Below, piece by piece: positions 51,899 to 64,000 of a DNA stretch of 64,000 bases. The number at the start of each line of letters is the position of its first letter. Position 1 is the stretch's first letter. Below the pieces are notes generated by a model. The model did not search any database. It had not been told where the DNA came from and was given only the letters and a program-made list of their open reading frames with translations. Both the position numbers and the translations under genes were made by a program. Origin of the DNA: Lingula anatina (lineage: Eukaryota > Animalia > Brachiopoda); assembly GCA_051362555.1 (NCBI GenBank), contig CM120648.1, forward strand, positions 7,932,587-7,996,586, written 5' to 3'.

Positions 51899-54328
51899 GG
51901 GGGGGCTGGACAGGCTCGGAGGAGGGTCAGGAGGGTTTAAAAAGAAAATTGAACATAATGTGCAGGATTCAAGGAAGTTCATTTTTGATAGAAAGTATGT
52001 GTGAATGAAAGGTTTTAAGTTTGAAAGATTTTAATCCAAGAGAAGTATCCTGTGTAACACTTTGTATGTACAGCCAGGAAAGTGTTTATTGAAATGCTGT
52101 TATAGTAAAGGGTCAGTGTTGATGTTTTTAGTTTGCCAGTAAGGGATGCCTTACAATACCACCCTTAGCCTTGCTGGGTCTTCTTTAGAAATTAAATTTT
52201 AATATAACTGCGGTCTAGTAAAAATTGCTTTTTTAAGTTGAGGAAGTTGTGAACAATTCTCACTGAAATTGGCAATGTCATTGCTGTTTTTGGACTTTTT
52301 TCCTTTGAGAAATAACTGTATTGTGCAAAATGTAGACAGTGATAATAGAATATTTTATTATATGTACTGTAACATCTATGTTTTACTTATTTAAATAGAA
52401 TAGTTATTGTATCTTAATACTACAAGCTAATATGCTTTGAATTTTGGCTTATGATTATGATGATTATTATTATTATTATATATGCATGCATTTAAGAGGA
52501 AAGGAAAAAAATCTTTAGTTTGATATCAAACAATTTGTAAGAGCAAGATCATAAATTTTCAGTTTAATATTGATGATTTGAAGTAATGTGATACAGGAGG
52601 TTTTTCACATTTTGGTATTTATTTTTTCTTTCATGTTCTCTTAGTGTATAATATTTAGAGTAGTGGAAAATGAATGAAATATGTGTTGCAATTGTACCCA
52701 AGATATTTGTAATATTGTTGATATTATGTGGTTTATGAAAAGACTTTGCTGATTGATACAGTATAAAATAAGGATGGGAATTTACCTCCTTTTGGAAAAT
52801 TTTCTCTTTTGTATTGAAGAAAGGAAAGTAAACGGGTTTGTATAAGGGTTTAAAATGGGGGAAATTCATGACATGGAAAGTGGTTTCCTTCTTGAATGGC
52901 ATTTTTTCCATTCCAATATTTTTTAATATATTATTTTTATTTATTGTTTTGAGAAATATGAAAGAAGGTGAAGTTGGCTCTGCTCTATTTAACAGACATG
53001 TAAAAGAACCTTATTATATCTAGAACTTACATGCTTAATTTGTCATAAGTACATGCATTACCTTGTATTGATCAATTTTGGGGTATATCTATTTTTATCT
53101 CTAAACTGTGGGCCATTGCAATTAGAGATCTTTTTTCAATTTTCATGGTTGTTGAATACAAATTATTTATCTTTTGAAATTTTGATGTTTTAATTGTATT
53201 GTATATACCAGTATATATTAAAGATTTGCTGGACTGTGCTGTATAAAAACTACATGCATATTAGCATATATATACATTTCACTTGATGGCATATGTGAAA
53301 TTTTGATGTGCAATTTATTATTCAGTGGTAGATATAAGGTTTAGGATAATTTATGATTGGGAAATACACATGAGCAGAGTACATTTTAACCCTGCTACTA
53401 CATGTATGTTGCTAAACTTGATTTTTTTTTATGTACCAAAACATAATTTGTTTGTGATGAGAGTCCAAAGGATCGGCGGAGGGGTTATGGGCTTGCCCAA
53501 AGCACCCCATCCTTTAATTGCTAGTGTGAATGCTGTGATCTGATAAAAGATGATTTTTTAAATGAAATCACATTATTTTACCTACCTCATTCATTTTCAG
53601 GATTTGCTTTATTAGGTAAAACTTGGCAAACATTTATACACATTTTCCTTCACTCATTTGCAACAGATAACATATATGAATAACCTTAACATTTTTCATT
53701 TGTAATTTTTTAATGAAATTTTGAAAATTTAAGTAAAATCTTTAGAATTTTGGAATTTGACAGATATTTGAGGTCTGACCTGCCTGTAAATAGAGGGAGA
53801 TAGTTAAGACAGCAGGTTCAGGAAATTATTAATGCTTTAATTCTCTTGGGACCATTGCACAGAATGTTTTAGTTTATTGGTTCAGAAACCTGCAGATATT
53901 CTGCCTGCATCAGGAAGGTATTGTTTGTACTTAAAAAGTGCTTTGAAAAATATGAATAAATGCAGAGGACAGGAAATCTCCTCCTTTATAAAAATCCCCC
54001 CCCCCCCAACACACTTTTTGATGTAAAATATATGCAATATAGAATGTTGCTGGCCTGGTATGAAATGTTCCAAATTGGGCAAAGTTTAAGGGAGTGTAAG
54101 TGTTTACTCTTTTTTTTATTAATATCTGTACTCTTGGTGAAAGTTAGATGGTGGGAAATTTTTGAAAATTTTTTCTCAGGCACTGGAAAGGCCCATGCTA
54201 CAGCTGATATTTATGTATGCGGTAGTTCGTATGTTTTCCTACAAACTCTGATACTTTCGAATATTTCTGGTATCACTTAATTATTATTACTGTCACTGCC
54301 TGCATGAATTATTTATAGTTTACCTTAG

Positions 54329-54480
54329 CAAGGGGCGGATTGAGGTCGTCTTCTGTTTACATTGATGTTTACATTGACGGGAATCTAATTTTTTCTGTCG
54401 AAAGAAGGTCAAAAATGGAGGATGGTTCAATAACGATAATGTGGAAGACTGTCAGAAAATATCTCTGGATACACCCCCTG
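54329..54480. mobile_element. CAGGGG-TIR MITE copy in the probable neprilysin 3' UTR
   Basis: Aligns with 37276-37447. Confidence 0.65.
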
Positions 54481-54720
54481 TACTTTGTATATTTTTGACA
54501 AATGTTAAAATTTGATTATACCATAAATACAGGTATATTCTAAAACATATTAATACTGATATAAACTATATTGTTCATACATATATTACATTGTATTAGT
54601 ATTGTGTATACATGTGACTGGGATAACTGTGTACAATGAATGTGATGGATTAATCTTAATACTGGTATATATCGCCTATGGTCATAATGTTTTATGTGAA
54701 AAAAGATGTATTTTTGTGGA

Positions 54721-54726
54721 AATAAA
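54721..54726 (+). terminator. Candidate polyadenylation signal of neprilysin
   Basis: AATAAA at the end of a T-rich, UTR-like tract, followed by T/GT-rich sequence and a compositional change; another AATAAA lies near 53955. Confidence 0.35.
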
Positions 54727-55920
54727 CATTTCTTTGTATTTTATGAGCAAATTGTTTGACATTAGCTTTATGTTAGGAGGAGGCGTGTTAATCTGATTGC
54801 ATTCAGCGAGAATTCATGCAGAATTGGATCGATATTCATAGAGCGACAGGCAGAATGCATAACTATTGTACCCATGGACTAACCAGTCCGCGGATCAAAT
54901 ATGGCGCCACTCACTTGTAAGCACGCCAAGATTGAATTATTGCTCTGCCCCTGATGGAATGGTGCGCGAAAGAGGCGGAAATCCATTGTAACTAGTCAGC
55001 GGATCAGCTGTTTGTGAATCCGGCCATAGTTTCATTAAAATGAGTCCTAGGTGAGAGTTGGTGTGAGGAGTCTGCCTGGAGAAACGGTTGCGCGTGCCAG
55101 TTGTTTACATCACACCAAGACACGACGTTGTACTTAATTCACTATCAAATAACAATTACGTTTCTTTATATGTTTTCCATAACCTTGAGATAATGACGCA
55201 ATAAAACTTGGAAAATGTTAGTCTATACGTGACAGTAATTTTATGTTCATTGATATCACTATCGCAATACTAAGAGTAGTATCTACTTCAGTGTGAGCAC
55301 GTATTTCTATTGCGGTCATTAGAGTCACCATGGTACATAGTATTTAATCAACTTGATAGTATTAAGTCTGATTACTTAAAAGAAATATAACAATTTAAAC
55401 CACACTTTTAAACGAATTCGTCACAGTTTGAGTTAAAGATATCGGTTTTGTCATTTTTGCTTTCTACCGTAGTATACAGAAGTGTTGATTAGGTACTGAC
55501 GAGGAAAAGAGAAAATAAAACACAAAAATACCAATGGTTCACTGACGGAAATTGTTTATTATGTAGGGGGTTTGTTAAGAAACTTTGTTTTATTCATATG
55601 GAGTTTGTTTGCGCAGGCCGTCTACGAGATAATTACTATTACCCGTGAAAACAAAACAAGTGTGGCAACGCAAGATTAGAGTTCAAATCACCAAAATAAT
55701 TCCATCTTACCATCTTCCCAGTTTTATCAAAATCTTCTCTATCTACGCAAGGAGTTCTTTACAACTTCTTGACCTGCAGATCGGTCTTCCTGAGGCCCTA
55801 GTAGAAATTATTTTGCCATTTTTTGCATTTGTCTCCCGCATGAAACAAACACGCAACCTTGATAGTTAAATGAATGCGCCGAAGTTAAAAGTCATTGAAT
55901 CAGGCGTCTTAGCAGCAGCA

Positions 55921-55927
55921 TATAAAA
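55921..55927 (+). promoter_or_regulatory. TATA box of WAP gene copy 1
   Basis: TATAAAA 95 nt upstream of the ATG; homologous positions read cagcatttaaaa (copy 2, about 59014) and cagcattaaata (copy 3, about 62699). Confidence 0.55.
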
Positions 55928-56015
55928 GCGGCTTTGAATACAAAAGTTTTTTATCTTTGAGAACAATAGGCCATTCCAAGGCTCGAGAAAACCCGAAGGT
56001 ATAGAAACTACAAAA

Positions 56016-56251
56016 ATGAAGCCTGTATGTGCGGTGAGTGAAGAGTTAAAGAGTATAAATAATGATAATTTTATTCAGGTAGGACATAGATACTAGAATT
56101 TCAGCCTTGTCTGTTTCCTTGTTCTAATATTCAGCTTATCAGATGGCATATTTCAAATTTTGACATATTTTTGTGGTATAAGGGAAGGTTGGTGTACCTG
56201 TGGCGATGGTGATCCACAGGAAGACCTACATGTGTTTGTATTATATTCAAT

Positions 56252-56295
<44 letters not shown>

Positions 56296-57298
56296 GTGTG
56301 TGTGTGCGTGTTTGTGCGTGTGCGTTTACGCGGGGGTTCATGCATTGTTCAAACTGGTTTCATACGAAAGCAAATTGGATACCTTTTATCACAGCAAATA
56401 TACGATCAAATCTTAATAACTGATCATCGTCGAGTTTGAAAAGAATATTTAAGACCAGTCCCTTTTTATATGGGCGTTAGTGCTAAAAGATCTGCGGGTA
56501 ATGCTAGTAAACGCCCAATTCGTTTATGAGGCCTGAAAATAGGCTGTTTTGAGCAACGGACTAATATAATATACCACATAGAAATTTGATTGTGAAAATG
56601 CGCAGAACACTGATTCGCTGGTAGTTCTAGAAACACATGCACAATAGTAAAATGAATGGTATGTTTTGATCTCATCATTTGGCTATTATCTATCTCTTTA
56701 GACTTTAAGCTTTATTTTTCATTTATTTACTTATTATTGCAGGTAATGCTGTTGATTCTCCTTTTTGCAACCTGTGAGGAAGCGCTTGGAGCAAGTGAGC
56801 ATTACACAGATTAGACAGATAGATTTTGTATCTGAGATTAGAAACTTTTAGACATTTTGGCCTTTTGAAACGAAATTTTATTCACTTTAAAAGAAAATAC
56901 AATTTGTGAGCATTCAGAGACAAAATTAATAGGCTTTTTACGTCATACTGTTTTTCTTCTTTAACTAACTGGTTCCCTAGATTAGTCATATAATTTTCAT
57001 TAAAATAACTTAATTCAGGATATTGAGACCTAGCCTACACAAAGAAATTGAAAAATGAAAATAAAACAATTAATACAGTACTAGGATGACTCATGACAAT
57101 CCGGAAACATATTTGCAATTGTGATCCTAATTATTTTATTGTATTTACTATATGCTAGTGCGTTGTCCTGATGTGGCGGGGGATGGTTCCTGTGAGCCGA
57201 CCTCAGACACCTGCAGTACAGATGCTGACTGCCCTGACAAACAAATGTGCTGCTCCAATGGATGTGATCGTCTGTGCATGGTACCCATACGTTGTTGA
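56016..57298 (+). CDS. Secreted single-WAP (four-disulfide core) peptide, copy 1, 69 aa
   Basis: Exons 56016-56033, 56743-56794, 57159-57298, GT-AG and phase-consistent: MKPVCAVMLLILLFATCEEALGAMRCPDVAGDGSCEPTSDTCSTDADCPDKQMCCSNGCDRLCMVPIRC*. Signal-peptide-like N-terminus and WAP signature C-x-x-D-x-D-C...CC-x-x-GC-x3-C-x-x-P. Confidence 0.9.
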
Positions 57299-57947
57299 GG
57301 AAAGAGGAGATTGTAGAAGTGAAGGCGGCGATACAGATTAAAATATACATTTAAACTATTCCTACCATGACGTTACTTTCGAACAGAGAAGAAAAAGGCT
57401 AGTGCCACGTTAAAGCAAAAGCAACTACACTGTCAAATTGGTGTTAAAATTCATATAGAATCCTGTTTAACGCAAAGTTAAAAAAAACGAGGATAGCTGG
57501 TGAAATTTTTCAGACCAAGCGAATTCCATTAATTTAATCTGGCTTTTGGATACGATAAATAATAAAAGAAATAATTTGAAGCGTAAATGGCATCGGCGAT
57601 AGAGTTAAAGTACGCACAAAAAACTCAATTTTGTTTTAATGGAGTACTAATATTCCGCGCCAATGTATCAGTCTTTAACAACAAATCACTGTTTTAAGGT
57701 CATTTTAGTTATGTGGCCTACTAAATGTAACGCGTTGAAAAAATAAAGGTCTATAAAGCTGCTTTTGAGTTCAATATTACACTTTTAGACGACCTCGTCC
57801 AATATTGTCAGCTTTCATCTCCATGACGGCTTCCCGAGTATTTTAATGTCAGATGTAACAAAACTGAGGGTACAAGTGACAAAAAGTCCACCCTCCATTT
57901 AGTTGTAGTGGTTAGGGTTAGCCTGACCTAAGTGGGTCAAAATCTAA

Positions 57948-58189
57948 GATTGGGTTCCCATGCCTAAATCGATCCATCTGGTCCAACTCCCTGGGGAGTC
58001 TCTCTAATTTCCTATTAACTAACCGGCTTAAATGTCTGTCAAGCCTACCGAATCAGCAAGGAGGTAAAGATATTCACCCCCTAACAGCTTTACTAGGCGT
58101 GACAGACATTTAAGTCGGTTAAGTTGATAGCAATTTAGTGAGACTCCCCAGGGAGATAGATCTATCCAAATATCTGTGGGAAAGGTCCC
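57948..58189. mobile_element. GATCGATC-rich MITE copy between WAP genes
   Basis: Reverse match to 13079-13295 with TAA on both flanks. Confidence 0.8.
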
Positions 58190-59115
58190 TAAGGCGAGGC
58201 TTACCTGTACAGATGAATGGGAAGCGGACTCTCTATCATGGGAGACTCTCTGTCACGTTACACCGGCAATTACAAGTAACTCAAATTCGTGGGAGAAATC
58301 TAGATTCGGTCGTTCAAAGGACACACAAGGGACGCTGAGACACGACTTAATTGCTTTGGCGACCTTCAAAGTTGGCGAACGAAATTTACGTCTACTTTGT
58401 CTTTTTACGTAACTTGGGAATAAAAGCATCTAGTACGAGTATGATGAGGTAATAAAAATGCAAATTGTCATTCTATACGTTACAAGAATTTTCAATCCTT
58501 GTTGATATCGTAAGCCCAAATATTTCAGCATCAGAGCTAATTTGGCATATGGTCAAAAGGCAGAGATGTACAATGAATGTGTGTAAAAGACAAAATTTTT
58601 CATTGTAAATGACTTGTAAATCTTAAAATAATAGTCAATTAAAGAGACAAAAATAAAAAACCACGAAAATACAAAGTTTCACCTGCAGAACCTGCTCATC
58701 ATATAGGAATTTAATTGACAAATAGGCAATTTATTTGTGTGAGGAATGTGGAAGATAAGTGCTATTATCTGTAAAAACAGAACACGAGTGTGACAACGCA
58801 AGATAGGCGTTCGAATTCATCGAAATAATTGGTGGATCAAGGTTACAAGATTTATTACAATCACCTCTACCTACGTCATTTGGGTCGTTCTTTCTATGCC
58901 AGGCGTGAACTTTGCCTTAGTAGAGCTTAATTTGACTATATTTGCATTATATTGACAGCCTTAATGTCCTCAGGTTATACACTATCTAGTGATACGGGTA
59001 TTTGCTATCAGCATTTAAAAGTGCGATTAACGAAAGGAAAACGTTTTTACGTATGTAAAAAAGAGGACTTAAAAGACTTTAGAACACCGAGACGAAAAGC
59101 AACTACTGTATAGAA

Positions 59116-60155
59116 ATGAAGCCTATTATTGCGGTAAGTGATCAGATACAAGAATATAGATAGTCCCTTTAGTCCGAGACACAATGTATCCAGAAAAGAA
59201 GAAAAATAAGGTAGAATCCTTTAATTTAGAAGCCTTAAATTTATCTAAGGGTGGAGGGTAGTATCCCCCCGCGAAAATTTGTCTCAGTCAACGTTCACTT
59301 GCGGCTCTCAATCCATCTAGAACATTTGGTGCATCTTTTAACAGTTCTAATGTTGTTCTGTAATGTAACAGTTCGAGAACTGTTTTTTGGAAGTCCTTCA
59401 GGATGTCCTAGAACAGATTAAGAATATTTTTCATTAAAAGAGAAAAACATTATGTTCTAGGGCAGGTTGAGAATCGTAAGTGAGCGTTAAAGATACCATA
59501 AGAGCAATAATTAAGAAATGGAAGACGGTGGGATCCCAAGTTGGGATGTTGTAACCAATCCCAAAATTATGCAGTGCCCTTCTTCTGTAGTGTGTGTGTG
59601 TGTGTGTGTGTGTATGTTCGGGCGTGTGCATGCACGCACGTGTTCAAGCAATGTACAAGCGGTTTTAACACGAAAGCAAGTTGGGCATATTCCTCATGCT
59701 GCCACACTGCTCTGATCTCCACGAGAAGCCATATGGGGATACACGTATACACAAGCGTGTAAACCCAAGCGATGAGAATATACCGGTATTCACGATGCGA
59801 AGGAAGAACATCCATGTAACTTGCAGCATGGTTTTAAAGTTAAGGTACATGTTAAATTTTTGCCTGTGGTATGAGAAATGGGTGGTGATCCACCTTGAGA
59901 TCCACATCGGGTACCGTAAGCTTTCTTAACACTGCATGGACAGCGTCCTTTCCATGTCTGCGTCCCTTCTACGATCAAAAATGTGAACAGGACGTTCAAT
60001 GGTCGCCAAAGCAATTTAAACGCGTCTCTGTGTAAGAAAAATTAAGTGTATGGAACAAAAACCTGCCAAGTGTTTTGAGCGGAATCGACCGGTCTGCTTC
60101 ATGGACTGACCAGTTTGGCATGGTCACCATGGCTGTCACCAGTCCTTGACTCTTT

Positions 60156-60189
<34 letters not shown>

Positions 60190-61652
60190 TGTGTGTGTGT
60201 GTGTTTTGTACGTGTGTCTGTGTGCGTGTACTTGTGTTTGTGTATGTATGTATGTGTGTGTGCATGTGTGTACGTGTGTCTGTGTGTGTGTGTGAATGTG
60301 TGTGTGCTTGTGTATGTGTGTGCATGTGTGTGTGGTACATGTGTGTGTGTGCATGTGTGTGTGTGTGTTTAGACAGGGGTTCAGGCACTGTTCAACTGGG
60401 ATTCAGTTAAAAACAAGCTGAGCAGCTACAGCAACTTCAACTATCCGGTCAAATTTCAATGATTCGACATTCTAGAGTTTGAGTTTAGAAATAGTGCCAT
60501 TTTTTGATAAATTTAACAAGATAGGGATGTTCGAATGTTGAAAAATAGATTTAGTGTTCTACATGTCTTCCCCTATAAAGACACACCGGTCAATATCAGT
60601 ACGTAAACAATATGTGTAAGATGCATGATTTGTTTCGTATTTTAAACATTTTCGCTTTATTTTTCGTTTTCAACTTAATCTCATGAAGGCTAGTCATTTA
60701 CATGTGCCTGTAATTCGAAAGCCGCACCTGTTGATTCCAGGCATTGCGCAATATTACCAGCATGTTTGGCGTTAAGCCACACTGATTAAATTTTATGGAT
60801 GACATCTGCCCGCGCATTAATTTTCGCTTGTTCTCAAAATTAATCACCCCTTTGAAACTCCGGAACTGACTGCTGTCACGTCTTTGGCCACTCAAAATGC
60901 AGCAAAAGTCTGGGTTGTTGCAAAACTCGTCTTCTACCTCAAAACCTGATAAACGGAACTTTCTGCACATGCGTATTGCCACTAAACGTGGTCATGTTGT
61001 TGTCGTATAAATACATAAGCATAAAAGACGAGGCGAAGATTGGTATGCAATCGAAATTTTTTTATGGTCAAAATGCACAAAAAGATTAATGGTAGCTTTG
61101 GCACCATATCCACAAACTGTAAGTGCACAGTTTTTTATAATAATTATTACCATTTAATTTATATTAATTCATTTATCATTATTTATTTATGCATTTATTC
61201 TGTTTTTATTGCAGGCAGTGTTGTTGGTTCTCCTTTTTGCAACCCATGAGGAAACCATTGCAGAATGTGAGCATTTCAGAGATAATTAAAACGATCAGAT
61301 TTTGCTTAACGAAAATTACGAAACGTTCACACATTCAGATGTTTCTTGCAACTACGTTTTATGTATTTTAAACGAAAATGACACAAGTCTGTGAAGCGCG
61401 TTTAGAAACGAATGAAATTAAAACATTATCTGTCAATTTGTATGTATATCAAAATATATGTCAATGGTTTACTCCCAACATCGGTAATATGATTAATTGA
61501 ATTATGTATTTGCTTTCCCAGGGTGTTGTCCTGATCCGCCATTTTTTGGCTTTTGTTGGGAGGGCTGCACCGCGGATAGTAATTGCACTGGGATACAACT
61601 GTGCTGCTCAAATGGATGTGGCCACGTGTGCATGGAACCCGTCGATTGTTAA
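59116..61652 (+). CDS. Secreted single-WAP peptide, copy 2, 66 aa
   Basis: Exons 59116-59133, 61215-61266, 61522-61652: [66 protein letters not shown]. Same exon 1 and 2 sizes and intron phases as copy 1. Confidence 0.9.
60158..60368. repeat. Long degenerate (TG)n microsatellite in WAP copy 2 intron 1
   Basis: About 210 bp of TG-rich sequence; the homologous tract in copy 3 is at about 63372-63453. Confidence 0.9.
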
Positions 61653-62796
61653 GGAATGGGGAAGTGACACGAGTGAAGACGCTGACACAGTTAGAAATAA
61701 TGTTGCCTTAACTATTTCTACATCATGGCGTCACCTATTTCTATTTCATGACGTCACATGCGAAAGGAGATTGTGTTGAATCAAAGGGGTTAAGTCAATA
61801 GCTACTTGAAAGGGAGACCACCGACATCATTTTGTCAAAACTGAAGTAGATTGGTTGGTAAATCATATGTATTGCACATTCTATGCTTAAAACTTTTAAG
61901 CCTATTAATAGTGATCGAAACTTGTGATTTATTGCATCGGCCTATGACTGCGATAGCAGGTAACGAAATTGTTCGGACAAAACTAATTTTATCATTTGAT
62001 CTGGACAACGCATTAGAAAACAGCATTTTCATTAAATTGTTAAAGCAATGACGACATTAGACAATTTTTGTTTAAAGAGAAGAAACGCGATCAAAATACT
62101 GGACTGGCTACGCAACAAGATTCGATGAAAATATTCTGTGAAATGGCTGAATGCAACACCGTATCGTTTATGTACTTCCAATATTTCAATTCTATCTTTT
62201 ATATCTACCTTTTATATTGTGAACAAGAGGAAGCAGAGAAGTGATGAATAAATATGGGCTTTATGGTTAAACAATATCTTCAGACTTTTTGTATTTTTAA
62301 TCCTCTCCTACCAAGAAGACAAAATCGGTTAATTTTTCAATTCTGGTTGATATGTATGCAGCATTATTCAGCGTGAGAGCTATTTTTTATGTTACCATAT
62401 AAGTACATGTGTATCCAATCAACGTAATTAAAAATTATAAACAATCTGTATATTTTAAGAGAAAAACGAGATTATTACAAAATCAACACTTTAAAAAATC
62501 GACTTACTTTGAAAGTCAGAAGTGATTCAATAAACACTGGAAAGCATGGGAATATGGTCCTTTACCCCAGAAAATTCCGTTTAATGTCTCTTTTCCGCCG
62601 AAACAAAGAATTGTCATCCCTTTAATATGACGCTCTGCATCAAATAAACATGCAGTCTCAGTGCTGCCATCTAGTGATACGGGTATCTTCCAGCAGCATT
62701 AAATAGCGCCGTTCACGAAAGGACAACGTTATTTGCGTTTGGGGACAAGAGGTCTTAAAGGACTCTAGAACACCAGGACGAAAAGCAAATACAGTA

Positions 62797-62814
62797 ATGA
62801 AGCCTATAATTGCG
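62797..62814 (+). CDS. WAP peptide gene copy 3, first coding exon only (remainder beyond the window)
   Basis: ATG AAG CCT ATA ATT GCG|gtaagt (MKPIIA); upstream region and intron 1 are clearly homologous to copy 2. Confidence 0.8.
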
Positions 62815-64000
62815 GTAAGTGATCACGCGGTTACAAGAATATACAGTGGACAATAGGCCTAACTTTAGTCCAAGAATACCATACATCCAGAGACGAAGAA
62901 AAAAATTAGGTAGAAGCTTATGTATTGGCTGTAGAGGGATTTTAAAAATATGAAAAAGATGTATTTGCAATTGAAAACTCTATATGTGGAACTGTTTATA
63001 AACAGATATTTTTGCCGCATCCATTTGTTAATAACCAAGGGGGATATGAATTTTTCCTCGCTGTCCGGACTTGTGTTTTCCACGTATTTGAACGCTGGTT
63101 ATTATTGTCACAAAGAGAAGCTGGTTCAGGTTTTGTTTATTGGGTATCCATGTTCTTATATTCAGCTAGTTCAGTGGTACCTGTATATTTCAAATTTTGA
63201 CACATACTTGTGGTATGAGCAGAGGTTGCCCTAAGCAAAATGGAAAGGTTGGTATTCCGGTTTGCGTTGATATCAAATACCTTAAGTGCAATGAGAACTA
63301 GAAGACGGTGGTCCGTTAGAGGACGATGTGACCACATTGGGATGTTGTCACCAGGCCCAAAAACTTATGCAGTGTGTGTGTGTTTGTATGTCTGTGTACA
63401 TGTGTGTGTGTGTGTGTGTGTTTGTGTGCATGTGTGTACATACGTGTGTGTGTTTGGACGGAGGTTCGGAAACTGTCCAAAAAAAGCTGAGCAACCACTA
63501 CCATTTTAACTATCCGGTCAAATTTTAATAAGTCGACATTGTCAAATTTAAAATAAATGTGTTTTTAAGATTTTTCTATTTTTAAAATACCACAAACAAG
63601 GTGAATCTTGAAAAATAGGTCTTCGCGTGTCTGCCCTTATAAGGTCACATCAGTCAACGCATCAGTACTGTAACATTGTATGTAAGCTGACGGTTTTGGT
63701 TGCTGCAATACCCGCATCGCGTTATCATAGATTATGTAACATAGTACATAATGTGTTTTTTTGAAATAGTGTGTTTTTTGACATTTTTAAACATTTACCC
63801 TTTTTACACCTAATTTCATTAAAGTGAGTGATCGTATTTGAAAGCAGCACCGGTTTGACACGTAGTCAATAGTGAAGGAGTGCCCAACGTTATCCGAAAT
63901 CGCTAGATTTATATTGTATTCACACTGTGACAGTACTAATTACTCTCTGTTGACATAATGTGCACTTTTATGATTTTTCCATTGTAAAGACAGCCCCGTC

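Noticed and set aside
57081-57350. Minus-strand ORF 57081..57350 and ORFs 61426..61611 and 61504..61779
   Set aside because: They overlap the WAP exons on the wrong strand or frame; the Cys-patterned plus-strand spliced frame is the supported one.
60115-60410. ORFs rich in CV or HT dipeptides
   Set aside because: Translations of a TG microsatellite; the same applies to ORFs at 49711, 51262, 56153, 59434 and 63240.

Overview
AT-rich, intron-rich animal genomic DNA; the repeat landscape and gene content suggest a marine invertebrate, possibly a lophotrochozoan, but that is inference. It is not prokaryotic and has no CRISPR array, rRNA or tRNA that I can see. By splicing exons manually I reconstruct three loci. 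(1) A minus-strand Polyhomeotic (PRC1) gene, 324-7592, with HD1, an FCS zinc finger and the start of the SAM domain; its 3' end lies beyond the left edge and a CpG-rich promoter candidate sits at about 8.3-8.7 kb. (2) A complete plus-strand neprilysin (M13, Nep1-like) gene with 21 coding exons, 31405-51898, 786 aa. (3) A tandem cluster at 56-64 kb of at least three small 3-exon genes for secreted single-WAP-domain peptides with extra cysteines, all missed by the ORF track; the third copy runs off the right edge. Non-coding DNA carries many MITEs, a 2.75-kb Helentron-type non-autonomous element holding a 146-bp satellite array, minisatellites and microsatellites. Short tandem duplications repeatedly span splice junctions in both large genes.
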